Shown here piece by piece: positions 20,412-31,486 of a DNA stretch of 64,000 nucleotides. How positions within the stretch are numbered: the first letter of the stretch is position 1; each line of letters opens with the position of its first letter. A program made the translations under genes and the position numbers. Source of the stretch: an uncultured Clostridia bacterium (lineage in GTDB: Bacteria > Bacillota > Clostridia > TANB77 > CAG-508). The stretch lies in contig CARPYP010000002.1 of assembly GCA_949045875.1 (NCBI GenBank), positions 36,063 to 100,062 of the forward strand, read 5' to 3'. The notes under the pieces are model-generated. The model searched no databases. It was not told the DNA's origin and saw nothing but the letters and a program-made list of their open reading frames with translations.

Positions 20412-21248
20412 ATGAAAAAATTTAATTTACTAAAACTAATAATAATTATTATATTTATCATTATTATATTATGTATTTTTGTAACCTTAAAGTTAATTCT
20501 AAATAAGGTTTTGTATATTAATGATACTTCAAATTATACCCCCCATGATAATGTTACTACACATACAGATATATCAAACATTACATTTCAAGACTATACT
20601 GAAAAGGTTAAAGGAATCATATTTTCATCATATAATGGTACTAACACAGAATATAATTATAATATTCTAAGTATAAAAAATGATTATATGATTTATAATG
20701 ATCATATTGTTTGCGATATCCCTAACTATACTTTTTTTACTTTATATACTCCTTTAGATATTGAAATTTTAAGTTATACTAACTCTTGCACAATATCATT
20801 TGATGATATTGAAGAAAATGACATATTGATTTATAATGGTACAATTTCATATTCTACTAGTAATTCATCTCCTAACATAGCAAAAATTAATGGCGATTTA
20901 CCTATATATATACTAAAAGAAAATGAATTGTCAGAACTTATCCTAAATGAATATAATGATAAAAAGGAATTATCAAATGTACATATTAGATATCAAACTC
21001 CATATCTTGAAGATTTCAATGTTACTTATTTATTTGCAGAAATAACTTATATATCATCTAAAAATGATAAATTTATATATCCGATAATTCTCGAAATATC
21101 TGAAGATACTATAGTGAAAAATAATAATTTGAAAACAGAACTTCATGAAGTATATGCGAATATAGTATTAAAAAATTCTTTTGAAATTTCTGAAACTTCT
21201 GCAATTTATAACGTTAAAAAGATAAAAGAAATTACATATAAAAACTAA
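20412..21248 (+). CDS. Hypothetical membrane-anchored protein
   Basis: N-terminal TM helix, GGAGG RBS. Confidence 0.5.
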   Translation: MKKFNLLKLIIIIIFIIIILCIFVTLKLILNKVLYINDTSNYTPHDNVTTHTDISNITFQDYTEKVKGIIFSSYNGTNTEYNYNILSIKNDYMIYNDHIVCDIPNYTFFTLYTPLDIEILSYTNSCTISFDDIEENDILIYNGTISYSTSNSSPNIAKINGDLPIYILKENELSELILNEYNDKKELSNVHIRYQTPYLEDFNVTYLFAEITYISSKNDKFIYPIILEISEDTIVKNNNLKTELHEVYANIVLKNSFEISETSAIYNVKKIKEITYKN

Positions 21249-21325
21249 CTCTCAAAATTCTCGACAAAAAGTAGATTTCATAGCATAAAAAATTATATCA
21301 GTACAAATAGTACTGATATAATTTT

Positions 21326-22384
21326 TTATTTTATTATAGATGCCTTACCAAAATATGTTTTAAACGCACTCCAGTCATATGGTTCTATCATTAAATTCAT
21401 TACTGGATAATTTATTACCCAAATACTATAATCATGTAATATCTCGTGTGCTTCAAAGCACTTTTCAATATCACGTTCATCAAGCCCTTCTTTCAATAAA
21501 TTACAGAATTTTTCTAAATCTCTTTTAGTTTCTTCATCTTTTATAATTTCAACCTGTTTTTTTACCTCTTGTAATACTTTTATTAACCTATCTCCATTAT
21601 ACACTTTTGTTCCTGTTATATTATCTGTAAATACCTCATCATAAATTTGTTGTCTCCAATAATAGCTTGTTTTCTCTTTTAATACCCATGTACTTTCACC
21701 TAATATACTCTCCATCATACATTGATAATCGTATATGGTTTTCTGTAGCTCTCTTATTTCGTTTTCATTTAAACCTGTTAATGCTTTTTCTTTTGCTTTA
21801 TAGCATATATCTTTATTAGGTAGTTCTAAATTACTTTTATGAAGATAATACTTTGGTTTTTCAAAACCATATAATTCATAATATGCTCCACCATTTACAG
21901 TAAAATTAACTTTCAAATCGCCTTTTATTAGTTTTATATATCCTAGCTTTTCTTGCATTTCGGTTACATGTATAGCTTCTAACTCCAGCCTAGTAGTACT
22001 ATCTTTGCCTTTAATATCAATACCCAAATAACAACATTCTATATTTTCATCTGTCTCAGTCCATGTAGCATTATGTAGAATTCTTACTAACTCTAATATT
22101 AAATCGCTATCTGTATAAATATCTGTCTTTTGGTCTTCTGTTTGGTAATTTATTAATTTTATTTCTGATATATCTCTAGGTAAATAATTAGAAATATCGC
22201 TTTTTTCCAACAGTTTATTTATTTCTGCGTTTGTGTCTTTTACTTTTTCATCTTCTTGATTAAAATTAGACTCTTCTTTTGATTTTTCTTCTTTTTTCTC
22301 ATTTATCCCTTTCATGGTTACTATTCCAATAATACCACTTATTATTAAAATTATAACTATAAATATAATTACCTTCTTTTTCAT
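21326..22384 (-). CDS. Hypothetical exported or membrane-anchored protein
   Basis: N-terminal hydrophobic segment. 352 aa ORF. Confidence 0.5.
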   Translation of the reverse strand: MKKKVIIFIVIILIISGIIGIVTMKGINEKKEEKSKEESNFNQEDEKVKDTNAEINKLLEKSDISNYLPRDISEIKLINYQTEDQKTDIYTDSDLILELVRILHNATWTETDENIECCYLGIDIKGKDSTTRLELEAIHVTEMQEKLGYIKLIKGDLKVNFTVNGGAYYELYGFEKPKYYLHKSNLELPNKDICYKAKEKALTGLNENEIRELQKTIYDYQCMMESILGESTWVLKEKTSYYWRQQIYDEVFTDNITGTKVYNGDRLIKVLQEVKKQVEIIKDEETKRDLEKFCNLLKEGLDERDIEKCFEAHEILHDYSIWVINYPVMNLMIEPYDWSAFKTYFGKASIIK

Positions 22385-22425
22385 ATTTCTCTCCTTATTA
22401 TTTCCTATATTTAACTTAATATTTT

Positions 22426-23133
22426 TTATATTTTATTCAATACTGTAAAAATTACTGTCTTTGCTGTTGGCTTCTTATCATCATAAAATCCAAAATATCT
22501 TTTTAATCTTTCACTATCACATTCATAATACATACATTCTGTTGCTCTAGTAATATCACATTTTATATTATGTATAGGTTTATTGTGTATTTTTGATATT
22601 ATCGGATATACATCTTTTTGAAGATTATCTAACATAGCTTCTCTATTTAAATATATTTGAAGAATTGCATCTACTAAGTATTTAGTACCTATATGTTCTA
22701 TATTATATCCTATATATCTTAACTCATTAATTATACTTTTTCGTTTTATCTCCAAGTCTTTGCTTATAATCATCCTATTAATTTTATATAATATTTCATT
22801 ATTATCATCATCTTTAGCTGAGTAATCAAATATCATTTTATTTCCTATATATTTTTGCACTTCTTTGAGATTTCTTGTAGTTAATATTATAGAGTCTCTA
22901 TATTTGTCTTGTTTTTCTATCTTAATCATATCAAATATCGTATCTCTATTATTTCTAATAATATTTAAGTCTACTAAAGCTACATCTATATTCTCATTAT
23001 TTAAAATATCTATTGTTTCTTTTTCATTCATTGCTATTTTTTCTATTCTTATATTTTTATTTTTTGTTACTACTTCATTTATTAACTTTTTTAGTTTTAA
23101 TACATCTCTATCGGCTATTAGCATATTAACCAT
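22426..23133 (-). CDS. Spo0A-like protein: degenerate receiver domain plus Spo0A C-terminal DNA-binding domain
   Basis: VALVDLNI receiver aspartate region. C-terminal GTKYLVDAILQIYL...VYPIISKIH...ITRATECM resembles Spo0A_C. Confidence 0.55.
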   Translation of the reverse strand: MVNMLIADRDVLKLKKLINEVVTKNKNIRIEKIAMNEKETIDILNNENIDVALVDLNIIRNNRDTIFDMIKIEKQDKYRDSIILTTRNLKEVQKYIGNKMIFDYSAKDDDNNEILYKINRMIISKDLEIKRKSIINELRYIGYNIEHIGTKYLVDAILQIYLNREAMLDNLQKDVYPIISKIHNKPIHNIKCDITRATECMYYECDSERLKRYFGFYDDKKPTAKTVIFTVLNKI

Positions 23134-23276
23134 TTTATCACCCCACTATAATACTATTAATTAGATACACTATATTGCTTTTGGGTTTCAAATTCGTTTT
23201 ATTTTTTTTTATCTTTTTGTATTTATTTATATATTCGTTGATATAATTATTAAAACTTTACAAAGGGGGTGTATTA

Positions 23277-23702
23277 ATGAAAAGTCTAGTTACGAAATTA
23301 TGTACATCTATATTAATGTCATTTTTATTGGTATATCTATTTATTTGCTCTACTCCAGTTAATGCCTCAAGTCCATATAGCATTCAGCCTTATGCATACT
23401 ATTCTACAGGTTCTTTTCAATTTAAAGGTAGTAGTAGACCAATTACTAAAAACTATGATGGCACTTTTATGGCTATTGAAGCCAAGTCTACATCAGCATC
23501 TGGAAATATTTACGATGTAACAATATATGTAACCATTGCTAGTCGTAAAGTTACTAATAAATATACAATATCTACAAATGGTTCATCAAAGAAATTTGAC
23601 TACATATTTTTAGGTTTGTCTGGTTCTAGTGATGTTTCTATTGAATGTAAATGTAATTCTTCGGATACTATAAACATAGAATTAACATCCTATAGTTGGT
23701 AA
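23277..23702 (+). CDS. Small secreted hypothetical protein
   Basis: Signal peptide, GGGG RBS. Confidence 0.5.
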   Translation: MKSLVTKLCTSILMSFLLVYLFICSTPVNASSPYSIQPYAYYSTGSFQFKGSSRPITKNYDGTFMAIEAKSTSASGNIYDVTIYVTIASRKVTNKYTISTNGSSKKFDYIFLGLSGSSDVSIECKCNSSDTINIELTSYSW

Positions 23703-23711
23703 TATTAAATT

Positions 23712-23750
23712 ATCTAGGCATTTCTGCCTAGATTTCCTTTTTATATAACT
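23712..23750. terminator. Bidirectional terminator
   Basis: TAGGCA-TTTC-TGCCTA hairpin with flanking T-run. Confidence 0.6.
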
Positions 23751-25116
23751 TTATAACTTCATTTTTATTTTTTAATACTAATTGTTTGTAATTATCTTCT
23801 AATTTTATATCTGATAAAATTAAATAATAATATATTTCTTCACTGTTATACGAACTTAATAGCCTATAATTACATTTATTTTTATAATACTCATCTATTT
23901 CTAATGTAAAATTTACATCCATACTTTTACTCTTTATAATAGCATAAAAACCTGTTTCTGTTATTATAGCCTTTTGAATATTATATTTATTGTTATCTTC
24001 ATATTCTGTAATATATTCAATAGTATTGGTATTAATAAATTTTTCATCTATGTCGATATATATCTTCTTTTCATTTTCATTAATTATTTTACTGTCTTTG
24101 CTTGGATTATTACTATTATAAATCATAACTTTAGAAAAAGTTATTTCTAATTTTTTCATATTGAAATTTCCATTTGATATCATATAGTTTAACTCTCTTA
24201 TATTGGTGTTTGACTCAGTTTCTATATTCTTCCATCCTTCTAATTGAACTATAGTTTCTTCCATTAGATCTTTATTATTAAATATAATATTATTATTTTC
24301 ATCTTTAATCGTTAAATCTATTATGCTCATTCTATCATATTCATTCAAATCTTCATCCGATTTTAAGTCATAAATCATATACATATTAATATCATCAAGT
24401 AATAAGTAATCAATTCTTATTTTATATCCTTTGTCTAACTCTATATAGTCCATTTCAATATTCTGTACCCATTCTTTTTCCTCTATTGCCATCAATATTC
24501 CATCATTATTTTGTCCTATACTACTTAAATTAAAAATACCTTTTAAATAATTTATTATGTCTTTTCCAAATGTTATTCCTGTTGTTACAATTCCTAAGAT
24601 TACAACTATCATTATAATCTTCTTATATGTAGAATTTACTTTTTGCCTTCCTCTACGTAACTTTGTTTTAATAGTATTTGGATTAATTTTTAGAATTTTA
24701 GATATATCTTCTATTGAATATTGTTCTTCATAATACAGTTTAAAAATATTCTTTTCAATATCATTTAATTCTTGTATTAGAGTATCAAATTCTAAAGATT
24801 CATCTTTCGTATTTTTGTTTTCTAAGTTTTCTTTATATCTATTTTTCATATTATCTTCATATTTTTTATTTCTGTAGAATCTATTACATTTATTAATTAA
24901 TATTTTAATAAGCCATGTTTTAAAATATTTATTATTTCTTAATTGACCTATTTTTAAATATGCATTTATTATGGTTTCTTGAATTACATCTTCTATATCA
25001 TCATAATCCCTAATTCTTTCTTTTGCAATTCTATATAACTCTTCTTTCATATCCGTTATTAAGATCATATAAGAATCTTTATCTCCATTTTTTACCCTTT
25101 TTACTAATTCTTCCAT
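23728..25116 (-). CDS. ECF-type sigma-70 factor fused to a transmembrane segment and a large C-terminal extracytoplasmic domain (sigma/anti-sigma-like fusion)
   Basis: Region-2-like DVIQETIINAYLKIGQL and region-4-like SIEDISKILKINPNTIKTKLRRGRQ. Then TM helix IIMIVVILGIVTTGITFG plus about 270 aa. Confidence 0.6.
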   Translation of the reverse strand: MEELVKRVKNGDKDSYMILITDMKEELYRIAKERIRDYDDIEDVIQETIINAYLKIGQLRNNKYFKTWLIKILINKCNRFYRNKKYEDNMKNRYKENLENKNTKDESLEFDTLIQELNDIEKNIFKLYYEEQYSIEDISKILKINPNTIKTKLRRGRQKVNSTYKKIIMIVVILGIVTTGITFGKDIINYLKGIFNLSSIGQNNDGILMAIEEKEWVQNIEMDYIELDKGYKIRIDYLLLDDINMYMIYDLKSDEDLNEYDRMSIIDLTIKDENNNIIFNNKDLMEETIVQLEGWKNIETESNTNIRELNYMISNGNFNMKKLEITFSKVMIYNSNNPSKDSKIINENEKKIYIDIDEKFINTNTIEYITEYEDNNKYNIQKAIITETGFYAIIKSKSMDVNFTLEIDEYYKNKCNYRLLSSYNSEEIYYYLILSDIKLEDNYKQLVLKNKNEVIKLYKKEI

Positions 25117-25224
25117 TAACTCACCTTTTATTAGATAATATTTCCTTAAAATAGTTTTACCTCTTTTATTATATTTTAATTTTACTAAAAAGTAAAATAT
25201 AACTTTACATATTTCGTAATATAT

Positions 25225-25638
25225 TCAGTGTATTTTTATATCTTCTACTCCAGCAATATATAATCTTCTAATAGTTTCTTCGTATGAAATTAATGCCTCA
25301 AATGATTTTATAATCCCCTTATTATTTGTTAAATCAAATCTTTTAATATACTTTTTTATTTTATGCTTTAGTTTTTTATATTCTTTTAATTCCTTATTCT
25401 CACCTATTTTGGACTTCCTCATAATATTATCGTTTCCCCATATAGAATTAACTTTTGCAATTGTTATACTTTCATTCAAATATATCATTCTTTGAAAGCT
25501 TTTTATCATATCATCCTTTTTATCTCCAATTTGCATTAAAAAACATATAATTGTTTCTTCTTCTTCTAAATGAAAATATTTGAATCTTTTTATTCTATTA
25601 TCATTAGATAATAAATTATAAATTAAACTTTTGGCCAT
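25225..25638 (-). CDS. Hypothetical protein
   Basis: ORF only. Confidence 0.4.
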   Translation of the reverse strand: MAKSLIYNLLSNDNRIKRFKYFHLEEEETIICFLMQIGDKKDDMIKSFQRMIYLNESITIAKVNSIWGNDNIMRKSKIGENKELKEYKKLKHKIKKYIKRFDLTNNKGIIKSFEALISYEETIRRLYIAGVEDIKIH

Positions 25639-25795
25639 CTCTTCTCCTTTTCGTATTTTAATACGATTTTATTTTAGCACATTTCGATTTTTGTTGCAAA
25701 TTGTCGGCTCTTGTAATATTTTCATTCGTATTATAATATCTTAATTTTTACTTTCACAATTGATATAATTTATAAAATGAGTTAGGAGGAAATAT

Positions 25796-26140
25796 ATGCA
25801 AAGTATTGACGAAAGTAATTTTAAAAAAAATGTTGGTGAAAGAATTAAGAAATATAGAGATGTTACACAGGAAGTTTTATCTGAGAAAGCACAAATTTCT
25901 TCTGATACTCTTTCATTAATAGAACGTGGAGAGAATACAGCTTCTAGTTTAACTTTAGTAAAAATATGCAATGCATTAAATACAACTCCAAATCACATTT
26001 TAAAAGAATTTATTTCTAATAAATCTGAATGTATGGATTCTATTCTTCTCGATGAAATATCACATCTTACAGTAGAAGAAAAGGATTTTATATTATATAC
26101 AATAAATTTCATTAAACAGAATAAACAACTAGGACAATAA
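25796..26140 (+). CDS. XRE-family HTH transcriptional regulator
   Basis: LSEKAQISSDTLSLIERGEN HTH_3 pattern. AGGAGG RBS. Confidence 0.75.
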   Translation: MQSIDESNFKKNVGERIKKYRDVTQEVLSEKAQISSDTLSLIERGENTASSLTLVKICNALNTTPNHILKEFISNKSECMDSILLDEISHLTVEEKDFILYTINFIKQNKQLGQ

Positions 26141-26204
26141 TAATTTTCATGATTTTGAAACTTTTTTTCTTTACTTAGTATCTAAATACTAAGAGGTGTT
26201 TTTT

Positions 26205-26537
26205 ATGAACTTATCATATCCCCTTTTTCAACATTTTATTCAAAAACATGGCAAAGATAACCTATTTGATATTATTAATACTATATTAAATGAATTTGAT
26301 AGTAATATATTAATTAACTTTGATATTCCATTAGAGAAATATGTTCAATTCATATTTGCAATTGCTACAGCAAAATTTCTTAACTTTGACGATTATAAGA
26401 GAATAATATTGTTAAATAGTTCTTCTAAAGACTTGCTTCTTTATGATTATTTTAAATCTATAAATGCTGTTAAACTTCATTCTAAGTCAATTTCAAAAAT
26501 CATATTTTTTCTTAAACAGGATTTTCCTAATCTTTAG
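26205..26537 (+). CDS. Hypothetical protein
   Basis: ORF with AAGAGG RBS. Confidence 0.4.
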   Translation: MNLSYPLFQHFIQKHGKDNLFDIINTILNEFDSNILINFDIPLEKYVQFIFAIATAKFLNFDDYKRIILLNSSSKDLLLYDYFKSINAVKLHSKSISKIIFFLKQDFPNL

Positions 26538-26584
26538 GGAATTATTTTCTATGCTTTATTTAATTATACATTTATCACATATTA

Positions 26585-26953
26585 TTAATTATTATTCCAT
26601 TCATATTTACACAATACTGTATATATAATGGATTTCAAACTAGGTTTTGTATTTTCTTCTATGTTAAAATATTTACATATTTTACTCTCTTCTGTATTAT
26701 TATACATAGTCCTTACAGATTGTTCTATACACCACTTAACATTGGATGGCGACTTCTCTTTATATTTTTCTGCAATAAAAGGGAATACATTTTTATGTAA
26801 ATTTTCTATAGCTTCAGCATCCTTTATACATAAATATATTGCCTCATTAAGATATCTAAATCCTTTTGTATATTTTCTAAAACTAAACTTTGATAATTCA
26901 TTTAGTATAAATTCTTTTGTTCTCTTGTCCTCCATTCTATTCCTCCTCAACAA
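26585..26953 (-). CDS. Stand-alone Spo0A C-terminal-domain-like protein
   Basis: GFRYLNEAIYLCIKD...VFPFIAEKY...VKWCIEQSVRTMY resembles the Spo0A_C DNA-binding domain. Confidence 0.5.
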   Translation of the reverse strand: MLRRNRMEDKRTKEFILNELSKFSFRKYTKGFRYLNEAIYLCIKDAEAIENLHKNVFPFIAEKYKEKSPSNVKWCIEQSVRTMYNNTEESKICKYFNIEENTKPSLKSIIYTVLCKYEWNNN

Positions 26954-27728
26954 TTAATTTTTGTCCTATTTGGATAAAATTAGGATTATCACCTATTGTT
27001 TCTTTATTTAAATTATAGATTTCTTTCCAGTTTGTATTAAATTTTTTTGCAATTTTAGTAAGAGTATCACCAGATTGCACTACATAGATATTATTTTTTT
27101 CAGTTAATAAATTTAGTTTAGCATTTCTTATTATAGACGGATAATCTCTCAAGTCATAGTTTAAATCTACTTTTCCAGCTATTCCAGATATATTTCCATT
27201 AGATGAATATTGCCACATTCCAAATTCCTTTTTATACTTACAACTATTTGACCACTGAGCTACCCATTTATCAAATTTGTCTAATCTACTGTCATTTATT
27301 TTATTATTTAACCAATCTAAATTAGCATAAATTCCCACATAATAGCCAGCATTTTCTATGCGATTGCAAAAAGTCTCACATATATCAATACAAGTAGAGT
27401 AATTTACTTTATTTTGTGATTTATAATTATCTGCATCCTCCATATCAATATAAATAGGATACTCCAACTTAAGATCTTTTACTGTATCTAAAACAAACTG
27501 TGCTTCCTTTAAAGCATCATTTGTATTAAGAGCATAAGAGTATATATATACTCCTATTGGAATTCCTTGCTGAATGGCTTTATTGTAATTTTCATAAAAT
27601 TTTTTATCAATATGATTCTCTTTTTTTCTATATCCTAGTCTTAATATAATAAATTCTATTCCACTTAACTTCACCTCTGACATATCTATAGTGCCATTGT
27701 GATATGATAAATCAATACCTTTCTTCAT
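26937..27728 (-). CDS. Endolysin: GH25 muramidase with C-terminal LysM domain
   Basis: GIDLSYHNG..., YIYSYA, DxE-type GH25 pattern. C-terminal LysM (YVVQSGDTLTKIAKKF...). Confidence 0.85.
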   Translation of the reverse strand: MKKGIDLSYHNGTIDMSEVKLSGIEFIILRLGYRKKENHIDKKFYENYNKAIQQGIPIGVYIYSYALNTNDALKEAQFVLDTVKDLKLEYPIYIDMEDADNYKSQNKVNYSTCIDICETFCNRIENAGYYVGIYANLDWLNNKINDSRLDKFDKWVAQWSNSCKYKKEFGMWQYSSNGNISGIAGKVDLNYDLRDYPSIIRNAKLNLLTEKNNIYVVQSGDTLTKIAKKFNTNWKEIYNLNKETIGDNPNFIQIGQKLIVEEE

Positions 27729-28316
27729 ACTCCTCCCTCCTATATTGCTTTATTATTTTATAGTGATTTTACTACATTCTTACAATATTGCATAAAAAAT
27801 GGTGTTGAATGTAATAAAATGTATAGTAATGTATAATAGTGTAAAATTCTTTACATAATTTCAATCCTAAAACTTTTTATCGTTTTATTTTTACAAAATC
27901 ATGTAAATTAATTATTATATTAAAAGTATTGAAGTAACTTTTTCGGTAACATATAAAAATAAAAACTCTGTATAAACTTCTAAATTGATTATAACTGTTT
28001 TTTGTAAATACAAAAAGAGACGAATCTCGCCCCTTGTACATAAGAAAATTGTTATTTTAATTGAATTTAAGTGTAAAATTTATAAAAATAAATGTTTTAA
28101 TTCTTTACTTATTCATGACAAGAACTCAATTAAAGGTAAGACTAAGGCTCATAATCAATATCATATTCTTAATTTACTTACTAATATATTGCCTTTTCAC
28201 CATCACAGTTATTATATTTAGTATATAGTATAAATTATGTAAATATCGAAAAAGATAAAAAAAGATACTTTTTTCACACAGTAACAGAAATATTATATAC
28301 CATTCATAAAGTGCAA

Positions 28317-28790
28317 TTATTTCTTATTCTCTAAATTAGTTATTGTATTATCTATTATTTTTTGATATTGCTCTAATCCTTTTTTTAGAAACTCTGGAAC
28401 ATTTATACCAATTTCAATTAGATTTTCTATGATACTTCTAGATTCATTTATTATAAGACAAGCAAGTGTAAACCAGCCAAAAAGCATAATAAATTCTAAA
28501 TTAATGTTAATTTTATTTCCTAATTGTACTAGTAAATATGATATAAAAAATGATACCCCTATAAGAATCCAATAACAAATTTTTTTAACCACCCCAACTA
28601 ACCCTCTATTAGAACTCTCAGCTTTTTTTACCTTAGCTTTTATAGTTCCTGTAAAATAATCCACTAGATTCAATAGCAAATATCCTGCAAACAATACCCA
28701 TTCAATTCCAAATATTGATGTGAGTATTGTGCAAATGCCACTTATTGTAGTAGTTGTTTTATTAAATATTTTTAACATTTCTTCTTCCAT
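28317..28790 (-). CDS. Phage holin (TcdE / phage_holin_4_1-like)
   Basis: 157 aa, three TM segments, charged C-terminus. Lies upstream of the endolysin. Confidence 0.7.
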   Translation of the reverse strand: MEEEMLKIFNKTTTTISGICTILTSIFGIEWVLFAGYLLLNLVDYFTGTIKAKVKKAESSNRGLVGVVKKICYWILIGVSFFISYLLVQLGNKININLEFIMLFGWFTLACLIINESRSIIENLIEIGINVPEFLKKGLEQYQKIIDNTITNLENKK

Positions 28791-29021
28791 AAGATTTCCT
28801 CCTTTTTAATCGTAATTTACAATAAAAATAGCAACATATTAAAAAAAATTGCGTTTTATAGTGAAAAATAGAGTATTTTTAAGATAGTTATTTCTAATAT
28901 TAAATTTTTATACACTTTAATCAACTTTACAATTAAATTCTAAAAGAATAGATATAATATCACCATACTAATCATCTGATCAGATTTAGCAAAATTTTAC
29001 ATATTTAGAAGGGAGAAAATT

Positions 29022-29549
29022 ATGAGTCAAATTTATATTGGTATAAATAATACTAAAAATACCTATATAATAAGAGAATATCCTATACTATCAAACAAAA
29101 TAGTAGGAAGATTATACCCTAATGAACTTTGTATTTGTAATACAGAACATAATGAAGTTGTAGCATTTAGAAACTCAAGTGGTGTAATAACTTCTGGAAT
29201 AATCTCCGATCAAACATTTTACCATGCAGGTATTAATCAGCTTCCTTATGCAATAGAAAATATTGAGGGTAAAGACTATAAAATTTATCGTATGAGAAGA
29301 AGTATGCCAGTTTATAAAGCAGGTCAAAATAGTGATCGTTGGGGAACAGTAGCAGCAGGAATGTATGTAGCTACAGATACTTGCACACCAGGACAAAAAC
29401 ATAGTGATTGGATGAAAGTTACATATGTAAAAAGTACAAAAGGTAAATGGGTTCGTGTTTCAGGAGATGGCGTTGATTATGGCTTTGTTGATACAGGCTT
29501 CAGTCAAGCATCTGCTGGTAGCAAAATAGCATTACAAGGTAATTGGTAG
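29022..29549 (+). CDS. Hypothetical small protein, paralog of 17481-18062
   Basis: Shared C-terminal motif WVRVSGDGVDYGFVDTGF...SKIALQGNW. Confidence 0.55.
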   Translation: MSQIYIGINNTKNTYIIREYPILSNKIVGRLYPNELCICNTEHNEVVAFRNSSGVITSGIISDQTFYHAGINQLPYAIENIEGKDYKIYRMRRSMPVYKAGQNSDRWGTVAAGMYVATDTCTPGQKHSDWMKVTYVKSTKGKWVRVSGDGVDYGFVDTGFSQASAGSKIALQGNW

Positions 29550-29643
29550 TATCTTTTATTAATAATCAAAAATCTCATTCGTCAAGAATGAGATTTTTGA
29601 TTTACAATTGAAAATTATAATTTAAATTAAAATTAATAATGCT

Positions 29644-30336
29644 CTATTGCTCAACATAGTATCTTACCATTGAAATAACACATTTAGGGCTAGGGCTTTC
29701 ATATTCACCTAATCGTAAAAATTTCCTTACTTTTTCCTTGTTAGCATATAACCACATTTTATTAACTGCTCCTTGAATATCAGCTTTAATTGTATATGAG
29801 CTTTTTTCTTCTAATTCTGCTAATTCATCATAAATTATCTTTAAATTTTCCTGTTTTTCTTTAGTTGATATTTCAATACATTCTTTAATAAATTGTGTTC
29901 CTTTATGCTCAGCTCTAAATCCCATTTTAAAGAGTATTTCGTAAATTTTTTTATCCAATTCTTCGTTAGCAATATTTTTTGCAATCTTCTGAATTTCTAA
30001 TCCAACATTTTCATAGGATTCAACTTTATTAAATACTTTCTCTACACTCTTGAATTCCAACACTCTAGCCATATGATTTGTCTCTTCTGAGTATATAATA
30101 ACTCTTGTTTTTAATGTAATATCATTTTCTATCTTTCGTAAAATATCAAATTCATCTTCCGTTTGTAATTTTAAATCAAGTATAACAATTTCAGGCTACA
30201 ATAATTTTATTGTTTCATAAACTTTAGTTTCATCATTAATAATAGATACTGCTTGAGCAGATTTCGTAAAATTAATCACATTTGAAAGATGTATACTGAT
30301 TGGCATATTATTCTCAGCAATAAGTACCTTAACCAT
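29644..30336 (-). pseudogene. Spo0A-like gene broken by an in-frame TAG at 30197-30199. The Spo0A_C part (142 aa ORF) remains
   Basis: Upstream frame encodes a receiver domain MVKVLIAENN...KLL-stop-PEIVILDLKL... continuous with the ORF. GGGAGG RBS at 30337-30350. Confidence 0.6.
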
Positions 30337-30424
30337 AATACCTCCCTATTATAACTATAATAAAATTTTATCATACTTTACATAAAATGTAATATAATCG
30401 CCTTATTGTTTAAATTATCTTTTC

Positions 30425-31147
30425 TTATTTTTTTGTCGAATTTTGTCGTATTTCATTTATAATTTTCTCTCCCCCTGGATGTATATATCTATCTGTTGCA
30501 TTAGACGTTTGTCCTAATGACTTTTTTAGCATCATATCAGTATAACCTTCTTCATATTTATTAGTAGCGAAATCATGTCTAAAAATATGTGGATTAATAC
30601 TATTTTCATTAATTTTTTTACAATACTTTTCTAACATTTTATTAACCATACTTCTATCAATCTTTTTCCCTGTTTTTACTGATTTGTTACTTATAATTAA
30701 GTACTTATTTTCTCTTCCATCTAATTGTTTATTCCTTATAGGTAAATATTCCTCCAAAACATCAAACATAGCATTAGTTATTATAATTTCTCTGATTCTA
30801 TTTCCTTTTCCCCATATAGTAATTTTACGCATTTCTAAATTAATATCTCTTTCTAACTGTATATTTATTACTTCAGAAACTCTTAAACCTCCTTCATGTA
30901 TAAAAACTAATATTACTTAACCTGCATCTGTTAATAACTTAGCACTAATCTTTATATTCGATAAACCATATTTTAAATTATTGTAAAATTCTTTTAAATT
31001 TGCTTCTGACTTTGTCCTTTCTTCACATGAAGTAACTATTAAATAATTTTTTCTAACGTATAAATCTTCCTCTTGCATAATATTTTCTAGGTATTCTATA
31101 ATACTTCTTCCATAATCAATCATTTTTTCATTTTTTTGCTTTTGCAT
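30425..31147 (-). pseudogene. Tyrosine recombinase/integrase remnant with an in-frame TAA at 30917-30919 and further upstream stops
   Basis: GLRVSEV box I, HIFRHDFAT and TDRYIH catalytic motifs. The frame is continuous across the stop. Confidence 0.7.
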
Positions 31148-31486
31148 ATTATCTATGATTTCTTCAATTTTCTCACTAGTTTTACACTACTTTTCTCTTT
31201 AGGTTTAAAATTATAAAAAGCATTATTCTTTTTTACATATATAGCTGTTGATATAGCTACAACTATACTTATTAATATAAAAAATATTGTAATTCCCATC
31301 TTTTTACCTTTCTAAAATATAAATAAAATATTTATCTGCATTTGTCTCATCAATTTTTAAAAAAGCAAATACAGTACATACTCCAACAATTGTAAGGAAT
31401 AAGTATAGTGCTTGTCTGACAGAAACATATCCTCCGAAATATTTTCTCTTCATGCTCAAAATTGTATGGTACTTGATAAACCTGCA

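Noticed and set aside
31148-31486. Two roughly 49 aa small TM ORFs on the minus strand between the integrase remnant and the TrbC-like gene
   Set aside because: Plausible small membrane proteins of a mobile element, but too short and unsupported to annotate confidently.
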